This document shows positions 38,355-48,730 of a DNA stretch of 64,000 nucleotides, piece after piece. This DNA comes from an uncultured Actinomycetota bacterium (GTDB lineage Bacteria; Actinomycetota; Actinomycetes; Mycobacteriales; CADCTP01), in the NCBI GenBank assembly GCA_963714145.1, contig OY970235.1, positions 9,946,137-10,010,136 of the forward strand, in the 5' to 3' direction. Position numbers and translations under genes: made by a program. The notes under the pieces were generated by a model. The model searched no databases and was not told the origin of the DNA. It saw only the letters and a list, made by a program, of their open reading frames with translations. The first letter of the stretch is position 1, and each line of letters starts with the position of its first letter.

Positions 38355-38862
38355 CGCCGTCGATCCGCTCGCGCAGCAGGTCGGCGTGCCCGTTGTGGCG
38401 GGCGTACTCCTCGATCATGTGCACATAGACCCAGCGCACGTTCATGTCCTTCTTCGAGCGCTGGTGGGTGAACGTCTCGTCCAGCGGGTGCCCGGCCGCC
38501 GCCGCCCGGGCCAGCTCCAGTTCGGCCTCGTACGCGGCGAGGTCCGCCGCGGCGTCCGCGCCGTCCACCTCGTCGAAGTCGGTGTCGTCGGTGCCGTCGC
38601 GGCTGTAGACGTAGCCGACCTGCTCGCCGCCGACCCGGCGCCGGAACCAGCCGCGTTCCACCTCGGTCATGTGCCGCACCAGGCCGAGCAGCGACATGCT
38701 GGACGGTTCGGCGCTACGCTGCTTGAGCTGCTCCGCGGTCAACCCGGCGCACTTGAACAGCAGCGTCTGCCGGTGGTAGTCGAGCCAACTGTCCAGCATC
38801 GGCCGTTCGGCTTCGACCAGTGGTGGCCGGCTGCGGGCAGTCTCCGGGACGGTCCAGGTCAT
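38341..38862 (-). CDS. DinB / DUF664 family protein
   Basis: LLGLVRHMTEVE..W, HMIEEYARHNGHADLLRE.IDG. Confidence 0.9.
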   Translation of the reverse strand: MTWTVPETARSRPPLVEAERPMLDSWLDYHRQTLLFKCAGLTAEQLKQRSAEPSSMSLLGLVRHMTEVERGWFRRRVGGEQVGYVYSRDGTDDTDFDEVDGADAAADLAAYEAELELARAAAAGHPLDETFTHQRSKKDMNVRWVYVHMIEEYARHNGHADLLRERIDGVTGD

Positions 38863-38923
38863 GCGTGGCATCCTGCCGGCTGGCGGCTCGGCCGGCACCA
38901 GGTTTTCGTGCCAGGATGCGGCC

Positions 38924-39970
38924 GTGCGGGCGGTGCTCTACGAGGCGTTCGGCGGCCGGCCGGAGGTGCGGGAAGTGCCCGACCCGGTGCCGCCGTCCGA
39001 TGGTGTGCTGGTCCGGGTCGTGCTGACCGGGCTGTGCCGCAGTGACTGGTACGGCTGGCGGGGCGACGACCCCGGGATCACGTTGCCGCAGGTGCCCGGG
39101 CACGAGTTCGCCGGCGAGGTGGCGGCGCTGGGCGCCGGCGTCACCGGCTGGCGGGTCGGCGACCGGGTCACCGCACCGTTCGTCTACGCCTGCGGCAGCT
39201 GCCCGCAGTGCCTGGCCGGCGACCAGCAGGTGTGCGCGCGGCAGGAGCAGCCGGGCTTCACCCAGTGGGGCTCGTTCGCCGAGTACGTGACCGTGCGGCA
39301 CGCCGCGGTGAACCTGGTCCGGCTGCCGGCCGCGGTCGGCTTCCCGGCCGCGGCGGTGCTCGGCTGCCGGTTCGGCACCGCGTTCCGGGCCGTGCTGGCC
39401 CGCGGCCGGGCCACCGCCGGGGAGTGGGTCGCGGTGTACGGCTGCGGCGGGGTGGGTCTGTCCGCGGTGCTGATCGCCGCCGCGGTCGGCGCCCGGGTGG
39501 TCGCGGTGGACGTGGCCGAGCCGGCGCTGGCGCTGGCCCGCCGGCACGGCGCGGTGGCGTGCGTCCCGGCCGCGGGGCTGACCCCGGCGCAGTTGGCCGA
39601 CGCCGTCCGGGACGCCACCGGTGGCGGGGCGCACGTCTCGATCGACGCGCTGGGCAGCGCGGTCCTCCTGGACGCCGGGGTGCGCAGCCTGCGCCGGCGC
39701 GGCCGGCACGTGCAGGTCGGCCTGTTCCCGGCCGACGGCACCAGCCCGCCGGTGCCGATGGACCGGGTCATCGCGTACGAGCTGGAACTGCACGGCAGCC
39801 ACGGCCTGCCGGCGCACGCCTACCCGCGGCTGCTCGAACTGGTGGCGGCCGGCGGGCTGCGCCCGGCCGAGCTGGTCAGCGGAACCCTCACCCTGGCCGA
39901 GGCCGCCACCGCGCTGACCACGATGGACCAGCCCGGGCCGCCCGGCGTCCGCCTGATCACCCCGACCTGA
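38924..39970 (+). CDS. Zn-dependent alcohol dehydrogenase family protein
   Basis: GLCRSD, PGHEFAG, CGSCPQC..G...VC, GCGGVG. Confidence 0.92.
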   Translation: MRAVLYEAFGGRPEVREVPDPVPPSDGVLVRVVLTGLCRSDWYGWRGDDPGITLPQVPGHEFAGEVAALGAGVTGWRVGDRVTAPFVYACGSCPQCLAGDQQVCARQEQPGFTQWGSFAEYVTVRHAAVNLVRLPAAVGFPAAAVLGCRFGTAFRAVLARGRATAGEWVAVYGCGGVGLSAVLIAAAVGARVVAVDVAEPALALARRHGAVACVPAAGLTPAQLADAVRDATGGGAHVSIDALGSAVLLDAGVRSLRRRGRHVQVGLFPADGTSPPVPMDRVIAYELELHGSHGLPAHAYPRLLELVAAGGLRPAELVSGTLTLAEAATALTTMDQPGPPGVRLITPT

Positions 39971-39983
39971 CCGTCCACAGTGG

Positions 39984-40583
39984 TCAGTCGAGCGCCTCGC
40001 CGGGGGCCAGGTAGCGGTAGCCGGCGCCGGCGCTGAGGCCGAGCCAGTAGTTCACCGAGCCCAGCCCGCGCTCGTTGATCTGCCCGTCATGGATCGGCAC
40101 GGTGCGGCGCGCCCGCACCGCGGCGGCGAGGTCGAGCGCCTCGGTCAGCTTCAGCCAGCCCGCGTGCGCCGGCACCAGCAGCGTCTCGATCGGACGGTCC
40201 GGCAGGTGCACCGAGTCGCCCGGGTGGTAGATGCCACCGGCCACGATGTAGCCGAGGTTGGCGCAGTCCGGCAGTCCATCGTGGATGAACGCGTGCCGGC
40301 CGCCGACCGCGCGGATGTCCAGCCCGGCCGCGGTGAACTCCGCGCCGGCGACCAGCCCGGTGACGGTCAGCTCGGGTATCTTCGCGTCCGCCGGGGCGTA
40401 GATCGGCGCGGCCAGCCCGGCCAGCTTCGCCGGGTCGACGTGGTCGGCGTGCTCGTGCGTGAGCAGGATCGCGTCCGCCCCGGCCAGCGCCTCCGGCTCG
40501 GACCAGACCCCCGGGTCGATGACGAGTACCTGCCCGGCGTGCTCGATCCGGACGCAGGCATGGGTGTACTTGATGATCCGCAT
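39984..40583 (-). CDS. MBL-fold metallo-hydrolase
   Basis: HACVRIE, THEHADH, HPGDS, PIHDG. Confidence 0.9.
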   Translation of the reverse strand: MRIIKYTHACVRIEHAGQVLVIDPGVWSEPEALAGADAILLTHEHADHVDPAKLAGLAAPIYAPADAKIPELTVTGLVAGAEFTAAGLDIRAVGGRHAFIHDGLPDCANLGYIVAGGIYHPGDSVHLPDRPIETLLVPAHAGWLKLTEALDLAAAVRARRTVPIHDGQINERGLGSVNYWLGLSAGAGYRYLAPGEALD

Positions 40584-40591
40584 GCCTCAAC

Positions 40592-41155
40592 CTACTTCGC
40601 GGTCTGTTCCCACTCGGCCCGGGTAAGGGCGTATTCGACGTCGCCGTGCTCGTCGCCCTCGATCCGGTACGGCCATTCCTGGTGGAAGGTGCGGACGTAG
40701 CGCAGGCCGGCCTTCTCCATCACCCGCCGGGACGCGGTGTTGACCGCCATCGTCTCGGCGTACACCCGGGTCGCGCCGAGCTCGGTGAACGCCTTGTGGA
40801 TCAGCGCGCGGGAGCCCTCGGAGCCGTAGCCCTTGCCCCACGCGACCCGGCGCAGCCGGTAGCCGAGCTCCGGTTCGGCCGGCGGGCTGCCGGCCGGCGG
40901 GCGGAGGTGGAACCAGCCGAGGAACTCCCCGGTGCCCTTCTCGATCGCGGCCCAGAAGCCGTAGCCGGCGTACCGATCGTAGTAGGACAGCCAGGCCGGC
41001 AGGTAGTCGGTCTCGATCTCGGCCCGCGGGGTCGTCCGGCCGCCGGTGATGTAGTGCATCACCGCCGGGTCGCTGTCCAGCTCGACCGCGTTGTCGACGT
41101 CGGCCATCGTGAACCGGCGCAGCACCAGCCGCTCGGTCTCCAGCAAGACGTCCAT
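40592..41155 (-). CDS. GNAT (RimJ/RimL-type) N-acetyltransferase
   Basis: LETERLVLRRF, ELGYRL...WGKGYGSE, NTASRRVMEKAG. Confidence 0.9.
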   Translation of the reverse strand: MDVLLETERLVLRRFTMADVDNAVELDSDPAVMHYITGGRTTPRAEIETDYLPAWLSYYDRYAGYGFWAAIEKGTGEFLGWFHLRPPAGSPPAEPELGYRLRRVAWGKGYGSEGSRALIHKAFTELGATRVYAETMAVNTASRRVMEKAGLRYVRTFHQEWPYRIEGDEHGDVEYALTRAEWEQTAK

Positions 41156-41227
41156 CCCGCCCCCCACCGTCCACAGCGGACCGTGCCGGCAGGGTAGGCC
41201 GGGCCGCCGCCCCGGGGCGAGCGGGTT

Positions 41228-41923
41228 TCAGCGCAGCAGCAGCCAGCCGCCGCCGGCCAGGGCGGCGAGCGCGGTCAGCGCGAACATGAAGATCCACAGC
41301 GGTGCCGGCACCCGGGTGAGCGTGCCGAGCTGGTCGGCGTCGGAGTTCCGGGCCTGGCCGCGGCGGCGCTGCCGGCGCAGTTCGAACACCGGCCGTACCC
41401 CGCCGATCAGCAGGAACCAGACGGCCGCGTGCCCGAACGCGGCCTGCGTGTCGGCCGAGGCGTACCAGGCGACCAGCCCGATCGCGGTGCCGGTGACCAG
41501 AATGGACAGCGCGCCGTAGCCGTTGCGGATCAGCGTGAGCATCGCCAGCAGCAGCCCGACCGCGACCCAGAGCGCGACCGTCACCCGGCCGGCGGCGAGC
41601 ACCGCGACCCCGCACAGCCCGAGCAGGGACGGGGCCAGGTAGCCGACGGCCGCGGTCAGCACCATCCCGGCCCCCTCCGGCCGGCCGACCGAGAGGGTGA
41701 GCCCGGAGGTGTCCGAGTGCAGCCGGATGCCGGTCAGCCGCCGGCCGGTGAGCATCGCCACCACCGCGTGCCCGGCCTCGTGCACGATCGTGATGAGGTT
41801 CCGGGTCCACCGCCATACCCCGTCCACCACGACCGCGAGCAGCGCGACCCCGGCGGTGGCCAGCACCAACGCCGAGGACGGATCGAGCCGGTAACCGGAG
41901 ACCCGGTCCACCACGTCGTGCAC
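41228..41923 (-). CDS. M50B-family membrane metallopeptidase
   Basis: HEAGH, GYLAP, SDADQL; several TM helices. Confidence 0.88.
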   Translation of the reverse strand: MHDVVDRVSGYRLDPSSALVLATAGVALLAVVVDGVWRWTRNLITIVHEAGHAVVAMLTGRRLTGIRLHSDTSGLTLSVGRPEGAGMVLTAAVGYLAPSLLGLCGVAVLAAGRVTVALWVAVGLLLAMLTLIRNGYGALSILVTGTAIGLVAWYASADTQAAFGHAAVWFLLIGGVRPVFELRRQRRRGQARNSDADQLGTLTRVPAPLWIFMFALTALAALAGGGWLLLR

Positions 41924-42233
41924 GCTCCGCTCCTCCGCCCCGCGAGTTCGTCAGCCGTCGCGAGTTGGTCCAGCCTGCCAGGCCGCGGCCGGCGCTCGCA
42001 CGGCGGTCGGTCGAGCACTCTAGGTAGTCATTGATGCCGTCAGTGCGACGACTGCGCCGTTTGGCGCAGGTTTCCGGCCGCTCCACGCGCGGCCGTTGCC
42101 GACCAAGTGGATCAGGGTGGGATTCTTGCCGGAGCAATCAGGTTCGTGCGCTCGGTGGCCGGGGCCTCACGGCGCCGCTGCCGGCACTCAGGGCCGGCTC
42201 GCGATGCTGCGCCGGCCGGACGAGGATCGGACG

Positions 42234-44495
42234 ATGGGAAAGCGACGCGGAAGCCGCGAGAAGCGGTTCGACCGCTCCAACTGGGCCAGCCTCGTCCCGT
42301 TCGGGATCGGCGAGCAGAAGCCGAACAACTACCTCGAGCTGTACAAGGCCGCCCGGGACAACCGCGATCAGCTCGGCTACGCCTGGCGGATCCTGCGCGA
42401 GGGCACCTGCGACGGCTGCGCGCTGGGCACCACCGGCCTGCGCGACTGGACGATGGACGAGGTCCACCTGTGCAACATCCGGCTGCGCCTGCTCCGGCTG
42501 AACACGATGCCGGCGCTGGACCCGGCCCTGCTGGTGGACGCGGCCGCGCTGGTCGGCAAGCGCGAATCGGAGCTGCGCGAGCTCGGCCGGATCCCGTTCC
42601 CGATGGTGCGCCGGCGCGGTGATCCGGGGTTCCACGAGGTCTCCTGGGACGAGGCGCTGGACCTCACCGCGAGCCGGGTGGCCGGCACCGCGCCGGGCCG
42701 GCTCGGCTTCTACCTGACCAGCCGGGGGATGCCGAACGAGAACTACTTCGCGGCCAGCAAGGCGGTCCGCGCGATTGGCACGAACTCGATCGACAACGCC
42801 GCCCGGGTCTGCCACTCGCCGAGCACGTTCGGGCTCAAGGGTGCGCTCGGGGTGGCCGCGACGACCTGCTCGTACACCGACTGGATCGGCTCGGATCTGG
42901 TCGTGTTCGTCGGCTCCAACGTGGCGAACAACCAGCCGGTCGCGATGAAGTACCTCTACCACGCGAAGAAGGCCGGCACCAAGGTCGCGGTCATCAACAG
43001 CTACCGCGAGCCCGGCATGGAGCGGTACTGGGTGCCGTCCAATGTGGAGAGTGCGGTCTTCGGCACCAAGGTGACCGACCGGTTCTTCGCCGTGAACACC
43101 GGCGGCGACATCGGTTTCCTGAACGGCGTGCTCAAGCACCTGCTGGCCGAGGGCTGGGTGGACGAGCGGTTCATCGCCGAGCACACCACCGGGTTCGATG
43201 AGCTGGCCGCCGCGCTGGCCGAGCAGAGCTGGGAGCGGCTGGAGGCGCTGTCCGGAGCGTCCACTTCGGACATGCGGGAGATGGCCGAACTGATCGCGGG
43301 CGCCCGCACCGCGGTGTTCGTCTGGAGCATGGGCATCACCCAGCACGAGTTCGGTGAGGACAACGTCCGGGCGATCATCAACCTGGCCCTGTCCAAGGGT
43401 TTCGTCGGCCGGGACAAGTGCGGGCTGATGCCGATCCGCGGCCACTCCGGCGTGCAGGGCGGCGCCGAGATGGGCGCGTACTCGACCGTGCTGCCCGGCG
43501 GGGTGCCGATCGACGCGGCTTCGGTGGCCCGGTTCGAGCAGCTGTGGGGGTTCCCGATCCCGGCGCAGCGCGGGATGACCGCACCGGAGATGATCGACGC
43601 GGCGCACGACAACAGCCTGGACGTGCTGGTCTCGGTCGGCGGCAACTTCCTGGACGTGCTGCCCGACCCGAAGTACTGCAAGCAGGCGCTGCAGCGCATC
43701 CCGCTGCGGGTGCACATGGACCTCTGCGTGTCCAAGCAGATGCTGGTGGACCCGGCCGACACGGTGCTGCTGCTGCCCGCGCAGACCCGGTACGAGCTGG
43801 TCGGCGGCTGCACCGAGACCACCACCGAGCGGCGGATCATCTTCAGCCCGGAGGTGGCCGGCCCGCGGATCCCGGGGGCCCGGCCGGAGTGGTGGGTGTT
43901 CGGCGAGCTGGCCGCCCGGGTCAGGCCGGAACTGGCCGCGGCGGTGCGCTATCCCGGCACGCCGGAGATCCGCGCGGACATCGCCCGCGCGGTGCCGGCG
44001 TACGCGGGCATCCAGCATCTGGCCAAGCAGGGTGACAACTTCCAGTACGGCGGCAGCCATCTGTGTTTCGGCTGGCAGTTCCCCACCCCGGACGGCAAGG
44101 CCCACTTCTCCGCGCTGACGCCGCCGGACACCGAGCGCCCGGACGGCACCTTCATGGTCGCGACCCGGCGCGGCAAGCAGTTCAACAGCATGGTGTACGA
44201 GCACCGGGACGCGCTCACCGGCGCGGAGCGGGACGCGGTGCTGATGAACAAGCTGGACGCCGCCCGGCTCGACCTCGCCGACGGCGACCGGGTGCGGCTG
44301 ACCAGCCCGGTCGGCTCGTACCAGGGCACCGTCCGGCTGGCCGCGGTGACCCCGGGGAACCTGCAGGTGCACTGGCCGGAGGGCAACGTGCTGATCGACC
44401 GGACCCGGCGCTCGCCGCAGGCCGGGATCCCCGACTACAACGCGGTCGTCACGGTCGAGCGGGTGACCACGCCGAGCGCACCGGCCCGGGTGTGA
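42234..44495 (+). CDS. FdhF/YdeP-family molybdopterin oxidoreductase (Cys ligand)
   Basis: CDGCALGT...HLC, YLTSRG..NE, NSIDNAARVCHSPS, PIRGHSGVQG, RGKQFNSM. Confidence 0.92.
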   Translation: MGKRRGSREKRFDRSNWASLVPFGIGEQKPNNYLELYKAARDNRDQLGYAWRILREGTCDGCALGTTGLRDWTMDEVHLCNIRLRLLRLNTMPALDPALLVDAAALVGKRESELRELGRIPFPMVRRRGDPGFHEVSWDEALDLTASRVAGTAPGRLGFYLTSRGMPNENYFAASKAVRAIGTNSIDNAARVCHSPSTFGLKGALGVAATTCSYTDWIGSDLVVFVGSNVANNQPVAMKYLYHAKKAGTKVAVINSYREPGMERYWVPSNVESAVFGTKVTDRFFAVNTGGDIGFLNGVLKHLLAEGWVDERFIAEHTTGFDELAAALAEQSWERLEALSGASTSDMREMAELIAGARTAVFVWSMGITQHEFGEDNVRAIINLALSKGFVGRDKCGLMPIRGHSGVQGGAEMGAYSTVLPGGVPIDAASVARFEQLWGFPIPAQRGMTAPEMIDAAHDNSLDVLVSVGGNFLDVLPDPKYCKQALQRIPLRVHMDLCVSKQMLVDPADTVLLLPAQTRYELVGGCTETTTERRIIFSPEVAGPRIPGARPEWWVFGELAARVRPELAAAVRYPGTPEIRADIARAVPAYAGIQHLAKQGDNFQYGGSHLCFGWQFPTPDGKAHFSALTPPDTERPDGTFMVATRRGKQFNSMVYEHRDALTGAERDAVLMNKLDAARLDLADGDRVRLTSPVGSYQGTVRLAAVTPGNLQVHWPEGNVLIDRTRRSPQAGIPDYNAVVTVERVTTPSAPARV

Positions 44496-44500
44496 GCCCG

Positions 44501-45442
44501 ATGCGGGACCGGCCGGGCAGCACCGCCCGCGGTCGGGTGCGCAGCCTCGACGGCGACCGCGAGGTACTGCGCCGGGACACCCTCGCCGTGGAGGAACCGC
44601 TGGAGATCCGGCTTGCCGCCGGCGGAGCCGGCCGGGCCGGGGCGGCCGGCCCGGCCGGGACACGCGGCCGGGCGGGGTCGGCCGGCGGAGCCGGGGCGGC
44701 CGGTGGCCGCACCGAGACCGTCGCGATCACCATGCGGACCCCGGGCAACGACTTCGAACTGGCCGCCGGATTCCTCTCCGGCGAGGGGATCGTCGGGCCC
44801 GGCTCGATCCGCCGGATCGGGTACTGCGAGGACCCGGAACTGGATATCGAGCAGCGGTACAACGTGGTGACCGTGACACTGGCCGCCGACACGCTGCCCG
44901 ACCTGCGCGGGTTGGAGCGGCACTTCTACACCTCCAGTGCGTGCGGGGTGTGCGGGAAGGCCAGCCTGGAGGCGCTGGCCCTGCGCGGCTGCGGGCCGCT
45001 ACCGCCAGGCGGTCCGCAGCTCACCCCGGACACGCTCTACCAGCTACCCGAGACGCTGCGGGCGGCGCAGAACGTCTTCGACTCCACCGGCGGCCTGCAC
45101 GCCGCCGGTCTGTTCACTGTGGACGGACGGTTGCTGGCCGCGCGGGAGGACGTCGGCCGGCACAACGCGGTGGACAAGCTGGTCGGCTGGGCGCTGCTGT
45201 CCGGCCGGCTCCCTGGCTCGGACCTGGTCCTGCTGGTCAGCGGGCGGGCCAGCTACGAGATCGTGCAGAAGGCATTGGCGGCCGGGATTCCGGTGATCGG
45301 CGCGGTGTCCGCGCCGTCCAGTCTCGCGGTCGCGGTGGCCGAGGAGTTCGGCCTGACCCTGGTCGGGTTCCTGCGGGGGCGGCGATGCAACGTGTACGCC
45401 GACAGCGGGCGGATCGTGCTGCCGGCGGCCGTCACCTCATGA
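44501..45442 (+). CDS. fdhD: Formate dehydrogenase accessory sulfurtransferase
   Basis: EEPLEIR, MRTPG.DFELAAGFL, SACGVCGK, TGGLHAAG, REDVGRHNAVDK, SAPSSLAV. Confidence 0.93.
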   Translation: MRDRPGSTARGRVRSLDGDREVLRRDTLAVEEPLEIRLAAGGAGRAGAAGPAGTRGRAGSAGGAGAAGGRTETVAITMRTPGNDFELAAGFLSGEGIVGPGSIRRIGYCEDPELDIEQRYNVVTVTLAADTLPDLRGLERHFYTSSACGVCGKASLEALALRGCGPLPPGGPQLTPDTLYQLPETLRAAQNVFDSTGGLHAAGLFTVDGRLLAAREDVGRHNAVDKLVGWALLSGRLPGSDLVLLVSGRASYEIVQKALAAGIPVIGAVSAPSSLAVAVAEEFGLTLVGFLRGRRCNVYADSGRIVLPAAVTS

Positions 45443-45455
45443 GGAGGAGCGCGAG

Positions 45456-46754
45456 ATGGTCGCACCGTCAAGCTCCGACACCGGGCAGCCGATCCGAGGC
45501 AGATGGGGGATCGCCGCCGCGGCGGTGATCTTCCAGCTCGCTCTCGGCGCGGTCTACGCGTGGAGCGTGTTCGCCAGCGAGCTGAAGAAGCAGAACGCTT
45601 TCGCGCTCACCAAGACCGAGGCGGCGCTGCCGTTCTCGGTGACGATCGGCATGATCTTCCTCGGCACCTATGTCGGCGGCCGGATCCAGGATCGGCGCGG
45701 GCCGCGCACGGTCGCGCTCACCGGCGGCGTGGTCTACTCGATCGGCATCCTGCTGGCCGCCGCGGCCAGCGGCAAGGACCAGCTCTGGCTGCTGATCCTC
45801 GGCTACGGCGTGATCGCCGGGTTCGGCCTCGGCCTCGGCTACATCGTGCCGATCGCGATGCTGCAGAAGTGGTTCCCGGACAAGCGCGGGCTGATCACCG
45901 GGATCGCGGTCGGCGGCTTCGGGCTCGGCGCGTTCGTCACCTCGCCGGTCGCGCAGCAGCTGGTCGAGGGCACCCGGGTGCCGACCCGGGCGTTCCTGCC
46001 GCTGGGCATCGCCTACCTGGTAATGACCGTCGCCGGCGCCTGGTTCTTCCGCAACCCGCCGGCCGGCTACGCCGTCCCCGGCTGGACGCCGCGGGTCACC
46101 GGTCGGGTCATCGACAGCAGCCGCGACTACACCCAGGGCGAGGCGCTGCGCACCCCGCAGTGGTACCTGCTGACCGGGATCCTGGCGCTGAACGTGACCG
46201 CCGGCATCGGGCTGATCTCGGTCGCCAAGGACGCCGCGATCGACGTCGGCGGGTACTCGTCCGCCGCCGCCGGCACGCTGGTCGGCGCGCTGGCCCTGTT
46301 CAACGGTGGCGGCCGGATCTTCTTCGGCTGGATCTCCGACCGGATCGGCCGGATGCCGGCGTTCCTGGCCATGCTGGGGCTGCAGGCGATCTGCTTCCTG
46401 ATCCTGCCGCACGCCTCCTCGATGGCCCTGTTCGCGGTGCTGGCCGCGGTCATCTACCTCTGCTACGGCGGCGGCTTCGGCACGATGCCGGCCACCGCGG
46501 GCGACTTCTTCGGGCTGCGCAACGCCGGCGCCATCTACGGCCTGATGATCGTGGCCTGGAGCGCCGGTGGCGTGCTCGGCCCGCTGCTGGTCGCCGCGCT
46601 GATCGACGGCAAGGTCTACACCACCGCGTTCACGGTCGTCGCCGTCATCGCGATCGCCGCCCTGGTGTTGCCGCTGATCACCCGCCCGCCGGCCGGCCAC
46701 GCGCTGGCCACGAAGCCGGCCGATGCGGAGGAGCCCAGCACCGCCCCGGCCTGA
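45456..46754 (+). CDS. OFA-family MFS transporter (oxalate/formate antiporter-like)
   Basis: LGAVYAWSVF, KWFPDKRGLITG.AV.GFG, FNGGGR.FFG.ISD.IGR, YGGGFG.MPA. Confidence 0.9.
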   Translation: MVAPSSSDTGQPIRGRWGIAAAAVIFQLALGAVYAWSVFASELKKQNAFALTKTEAALPFSVTIGMIFLGTYVGGRIQDRRGPRTVALTGGVVYSIGILLAAAASGKDQLWLLILGYGVIAGFGLGLGYIVPIAMLQKWFPDKRGLITGIAVGGFGLGAFVTSPVAQQLVEGTRVPTRAFLPLGIAYLVMTVAGAWFFRNPPAGYAVPGWTPRVTGRVIDSSRDYTQGEALRTPQWYLLTGILALNVTAGIGLISVAKDAAIDVGGYSSAAAGTLVGALALFNGGGRIFFGWISDRIGRMPAFLAMLGLQAICFLILPHASSMALFAVLAAVIYLCYGGGFGTMPATAGDFFGLRNAGAIYGLMIVAWSAGGVLGPLLVAALIDGKVYTTAFTVVAVIAIAALVLPLITRPPAGHALATKPADAEEPSTAPA

Positions 46755-46918
46755 CCCCGATCGCGGCGCGAGCCGCGGTCAGCCCATCGCGCGAGCAGTT
46801 CCGGCCGGGCGGGAGCACGGACCGCTCCCGCCCGGGGCGACTGCGCACTCGGGACGCGGGTTGCTCCTTCGGGCGGTGGCGGACGCTTCGGCCGGCGCCG
46901 AACCGTCCGGGTCCTAGG

Positions 46919-47980
46919 GTGGACGCTGTGCGGATACAGGTACCCCGGCCGGCGGACCGGCTGCTGCCGGTGCTGGCGGCGCTGGTGACGGTGCTGTTCT
47001 GGGCGTCCGCGTTCGTGGCGATCCGGCACGTCCGGGCAGACTTCACCGCCGGGCCGCTCGCGCTGGGCCGGCTGCTGACCGGCAGCCTGGTGCTCGGTGT
47101 GGTGGCGCTGCCGCGCCGCCGCCGCTGGCCGGACCGTCGCGAGTGGACGCTGCTGGTGGTCTGCGGGCTGGCCTGGTTCGGCGTCTACAACGTGGCGCTG
47201 AACGCGGCCGAGCGCCGGGTGGACGCGGGCACCGCCGCGATGCTGGTCAACGTCGGCCCGATCCTGCTCGCGGTGCTGGCCGGTGTGCTGCTGAAGGAGG
47301 GTTTCCCGTCCCGGCTGCTGGCCGGCTTCGCGGTCGCGTTCGCCGGGGTGCTGGTGATCGGGCTGGCCACCTCGACCCGGGCCGGCGCGGACGGCACCGG
47401 CGTGCTGCTCTGCCTGCTCGCCGCGGTCGGCTACGCGATCGGCGTGGTGGCGCAGAAGCCGCTGCTGGCCGGCCTGCCGGCGCTGCAGGTGACCTGGCTG
47501 GCCTGCACCATCGGCATGATCGGCACGCTGCCCTACGCGCCGGCGCTGGTGCACGAGATCGGCGCGGCCCGGCCGTCCGCCATCGGCTGGGTGGTCTACC
47601 TCGGCGCGCTGCCGACGGCCCTGGCGTTCAGCACCTGGGCGTACGCGCTCTCGCACACCACTGCCGGCCGGCTCGGCGCCACCACGTACCTGGTGCCGCC
47701 GCTGGCCGTCCTGCTCGGCTGGCTGGTGCTGGCCGAGACGCCGGCCCCGCTCGCCCTGGCCGGCGGCGCACTCTGCCTGGCCGGCGTGGTTCTCGCCCGC
47801 AGCCGGCGCCGGCAGCCCGCCGCACCAGCATCCGGCCCAGCCGTTGCCGCCGGTCACGTCGGCCCGGCCGACCCAGCCGACCCGGCCCGTCCGCCCGGCC
47901 CAGTCGGCCCAGCCGGTCAGGTCGGCCCGGCCGGGCCGGTTGATCCGCCGGCAGTGCCGGTTCCGGCGGCCCGGCGATGA
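46919..47980 (+). CDS. EamA/DMT-family transporter
   Basis: GTG 46919; FWASAFVAIR, AAML, AFSTW.YAL, YLVP; about 10 TM helices. Confidence 0.88.
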   Translation: MDAVRIQVPRPADRLLPVLAALVTVLFWASAFVAIRHVRADFTAGPLALGRLLTGSLVLGVVALPRRRRWPDRREWTLLVVCGLAWFGVYNVALNAAERRVDAGTAAMLVNVGPILLAVLAGVLLKEGFPSRLLAGFAVAFAGVLVIGLATSTRAGADGTGVLLCLLAAVGYAIGVVAQKPLLAGLPALQVTWLACTIGMIGTLPYAPALVHEIGAARPSAIGWVVYLGALPTALAFSTWAYALSHTTAGRLGATTYLVPPLAVLLGWLVLAETPAPLALAGGALCLAGVVLARSRRRQPAAPASGPAVAAGHVGPADPADPARPPGPVGPAGQVGPAGPVDPPAVPVPAARR

Positions 47981-48711
47981 CCGAACCGGCCACTGTGGAC
48001 GGCGCCGCGCTGGCCCAGGTCGCCGCGCTGCTCGCGGACCGGACCCGGGCCAGCATCTGCCTGGCCCTGCTGGACGGGCGGGCCTGGACCGCGGGCGAGT
48101 TGGCCCGGCTGGCCGGGGTCACCCCGGCGACCGCCAGCGAGCAGCTGAACCGGCTGGTGGCCGGCGGCCTGCTGGCCGAGGTACGGCAGGGCCGGCACCG
48201 GTACCTGCGGCTGGCCGGGCCGCGGGTGGCGCAGCTGGTGGAAGACCTGTCCAGCTACCCCGCGCCGGGGCCGCCGCCGCCGTCGCTGCGCGGCTCCAGC
48301 AGCCGGGCCGCGCTGGTGGCCGCCCGCACCTGCTACGACCACCTGGCCGGCCGGCTCGGCGTCGGCCTGCTGGCCGCGATGACCTCGCGGGGCCTGTTCG
48401 ACCAGTCCGCCGGCGCGGCGCTGACCCCGGCCGGGCTGGGTTGGCTGGCCGGGCTCGGCATCGAGCTGCCCGAACCCGCGGCCGGGCGCAGGCCGGTGGT
48501 CCGGCTCTGTCTGGATTGGACGGAGCGCCGGCCGCACCTGGCCGGGGCGGCCGGGGCGGCGCTGTGCGCGCGGTTCCTGGCCGCCGGCTGGATCGAGCGG
48601 ACCACCCGGCACCGGGCGATCCGGGTCACCCCGGCCGGTGAGCGGGCGCTGGCCGAGCACCTCGGCCTGGATGCCCCCGGGCTGACCAGCACCCTGCCGG
48701 CCACCGGGTAG
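47977..48711 (+). CDS. ArsR-type winged-helix regulator with a C-terminal extension
   Basis: LADRTRA.I.LALLDGRAWTAGELA...SEQL..L; ARTCYDHLAGRLG; CLDWTERRPHLAG. Confidence 0.88.
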   Translation: MTEPATVDGAALAQVAALLADRTRASICLALLDGRAWTAGELARLAGVTPATASEQLNRLVAGGLLAEVRQGRHRYLRLAGPRVAQLVEDLSSYPAPGPPPPSLRGSSSRAALVAARTCYDHLAGRLGVGLLAAMTSRGLFDQSAGAALTPAGLGWLAGLGIELPEPAAGRRPVVRLCLDWTERRPHLAGAAGAALCARFLAAGWIERTTRHRAIRVTPAGERALAEHLGLDAPGLTSTLPATG

Positions 48712-48730
48712 ACCCGCCGGCAGTTGCTGG

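Noticed and set aside
41930-42230. Moco or other riboswitch upstream of the FdhF-like gene
   Set aside because: I could not match conserved riboswitch motifs by eye; an Rfam/Infernal scan would be needed.
42801-42820. Selenocysteine in the FdhF-like enzyme
   Set aside because: The ligand codon is TGC (Cys) at 42810-42812; there is no in-frame TGA.
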